Below are positions 61,969-64,000 of a DNA stretch of 64,000 nucleotides, one piece after another. Within the stretch, counting starts at the first letter, position 1; each line of letters opens with the position of its first letter. The notes below the pieces were generated by a model that was not told where the DNA came from, searched no databases, and was given only the letters and a program-made list of their open reading frames with translations. Origin of the DNA: Camelus ferus (lineage: Eukaryota); contig NC_045704.1 in assembly GCF_009834535.1 (NCBI RefSeq), positions 51,336,001 through 51,400,000 of the forward strand, written 5' to 3'. Position numbers and translations under genes: made by a program.

Positions 61969-62777
61969 GCTTGGAATAATTACCCTTAAGATGACAAGAA
62001 AAAGGAAGAAATAAGGCTGAATTTTCCAACTGTCACACAAAAAATTAGCACTATGTGAGCTATTTCCAACCCTATGAGCTGCTGTACCAACGACTGGGTG
62101 GTGGGTGGTGAAGAGGGGTCTCCTGGTATTTTACTAGGAGAAGAGTCCTTGCTCTATGCAGAGACTAAATAGGAAAATGAACCTCAAAATAAAGAAATTC
62201 ACTTTGCAGCTAACTTCTTGTTCAGGATGCACTTACTCTTAGTATTGTTTGAATGTTGAATGATAAAGTATCCACTATGTGTTGGTTTCATGATGTACTG
62301 GTGAACATGTGGGCTGTTCTCCTGATCTCATGAAGAATACAGAGAAATAAACATAAGTCAATTAATGACAGAAAACATCAAAGGGGGAAAAATCATTTAA
62401 AATGTTGTCTATACTCAGTTTTTAAATCTTAAGATCAAAGCATGTTCTCAGAAAGTTTTTTTTACCACCATGTCTTATGAGAAAGGAATCTTCAATACAC
62501 TCTTCCTGTGTGAACAGTTTCTCTTTACCATAAGGAGTTATCAAAATATTTAAAATATTAACAGTTTGTTAAATCCAATATTATAATTGTAACATAAACA
62601 ATTTACAATTCCTGAAACTCAAAGCTAGGTTAAATGTAAGCTTAAAATATTTTAAAATAACCTGTCTTTTTCCAAAAGTACAACGGCCAAACAATTGGTA
62701 GCTGGGACGAGTGCTTCATTTTCACCACGAAACTGTAAATCCATCATCTGTGAGAGGACTGTAAATTATGCATTCAG

Positions 62778-62787
62778 GGGAAATTCC
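62778..62787. promoter_or_regulatory. NF-kB consensus site
   Basis: GGGAAATTCC fits GGGRNWYYCC. Confidence 0.35.
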
Positions 62788-62858
62788 TCTCGCCTGGCCT
62801 ACTGAGGGAATCCAAGAAAAGCAGTAGGAAAAATGACTTACTACCTCTGCACACTGAC

Positions 62859-62939
62859 CTGAAACTTGTACAGATACTTCATTGCTAGAGAGAGGAACTG
62901 GCAGCATGTGAATAATTCAGCTTCAAAGTTCAAAACGAA
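62859..62939 (-). other. Candidate 81-nt exon, open in one frame (FVLNFEAELFTCCQFLSLAMKYLYKFQ)
   Basis: Branch-like CTGAC, then tcctccttttccctcctcgaAG acceptor (62941-62940); donor CAG|GTCAGT (62858). Confidence 0.45.
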
Positions 62940-63654
62940 CTTCGAGGAGGGAAAAGGAGGAGTCAGAGGTAAACAGACTCTGATGTCTCATTTTTCCCCT
63001 TACTTGAAAACACCTCCAGCCACCTAAGGTGCACACCTCGAAATGCAAGGTGACACATCAGTGTCTCAAGAATCCTAGCAGAGTGAGGCAACAGGTGTTC
63101 CTTGTATCTTCCACATCCAGTTCTTGGCAAAGGCGTATCTTTGAATATTAAGTGCCAAATGAATAATACACAAAGTGCATGAAAAAATTAATCAACTCTG
63201 AGATGATTAGCCAAGGTTTTATCATATGTTGCACAGACAAAAAAATAAAATAAAATATTTAACACATGAGGATATGGGAATGGATGTTTTCTTATGTGCC
63301 AAGGGTGGTCCTTCCCTTAGATTAATTGAAGCTGGAGTCAAAGGGTTGTTGGTCATCTCTGAACAAACTGGGACTACAGAAAGTATTGTAAGTCATTTTA
63401 CTGAAAGATGAGAATATTGGCACCTATTTCATAGGAGAGCCATGTTGGTTACACTAGATAGTGTATGGAAAGGGGCCAGAGCACACATGTGTTCTATAAA
63501 TGTTTTCAGAATAAAGACAAGTAAGAAAAGAGGTAGATGTGCTTGCTCCATGCAGCCCCAGGGCAGAGACACAGAACTGATGGGAGAGGATGTCAAAGAG
63601 GAGAGGTCGGCTTGGCTTGGAAGAACGAGGAGGAATTTGGGTCGTGTGTGTTTA

Positions 63655-63870
63655 GAGACCAGGTTCAGAAATTTGACTTTGTGTGACTTGGGGTAAATAA
63701 CATGACATCTGTGAGCTTCAGTTTCCTTGTCTGTAAACTGGAAATAACATGAGTGCCTTTCTCAGTGTATACATAACTTAACACAAACAAAATACTTAGG
63801 ATAGGTCTGACACATAAAAATGCTCTCAATAAATGTTAGTTATTCTTCTGTTATTACTATCATTATTATT
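63655..63870 (+). mobile_element. MIR, near full length
   Basis: tgtgtgacttgggg...gagcttcagtttccttgtctgtaaactgg...ctcaataaatgttagttatt. Confidence 0.8.
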
Positions 63871-64000
63871 ATTAGCAAGGACTAGCCAGTGCTCTACTCA
63901 TTCAGGATGTTTGGGGAAATGGTGAGCTCTCATCACTGGTTATACTTAACCAGAACCTGGAAAACCACCATTTAAGAAAGTCATGCCTTGGCTAGAAGTT

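Noticed and set aside
1-64000. ORF-track entries as protein-coding genes (e.g. 164 aa at 5424-5918, 154 aa at 19641-20105, 152 aa at 2887-3345, 144 aa at 10966-11400)
   Set aside because: No recognisable domains, low-complexity or TE-derived composition, and lengths expected by chance in 64 kb; several are inflated by N-runs or microsatellites
1-64000. CRISPR array, rRNA, intact transposase or retroviral ORFs
   Set aside because: No regularly spaced repeat-spacer structure, no rRNA-like sequence, and all TE copies are truncated or degenerate

Overview
Mammalian genomic DNA, most likely camelid (alpaca or camel). This is inferred from a tRNA-derived Vic-1-type SINE at 46301-46385, cetartiodactyl/camelid-type L1 3' ends, and no Bov-A/BovB or PRE-1 SINE that I could see. 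Much of the window is interspersed repeats: MIR, L2, L1, MaLR/ERVL LTRs (MLT1, MLT2B, LTR40), DNA-transposon fossils (MER5, 3x MER20, MER94, Tigger/MER2 family) and microsatellites, plus three N-gaps. Repeat families were recognised from memory of consensus sequences, so subfamily names and most boundaries are approximate. I recognise no protein-coding gene, tRNA, rRNA, snoRNA or CRISPR array; the ORF-track entries look like chance or TE-derived frames. The non-repeat DNA contains three promoter-like sites (NRF1x2/TATA/YY1 at ~2.75 kb, a CpG/GC-box region at ~11.3 kb, TATA/E-box at ~59.4 kb) and several stretches bounded by good splice sites on both strands. These suggest (inference only) a long leftward multi-promoter transcript and a short rightward transcript at 11.3-15.2 kb. 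The clearest directly visible oddities are a series of TSD-flanked L1 micro-insertions including a probable twin-priming inversion, a pair of perfect heat-shock elements made from two different TEs, a perfect 14-bp palindrome inside a MIR, and an A-tract/T-tract hairpin covering a 3' splice site.
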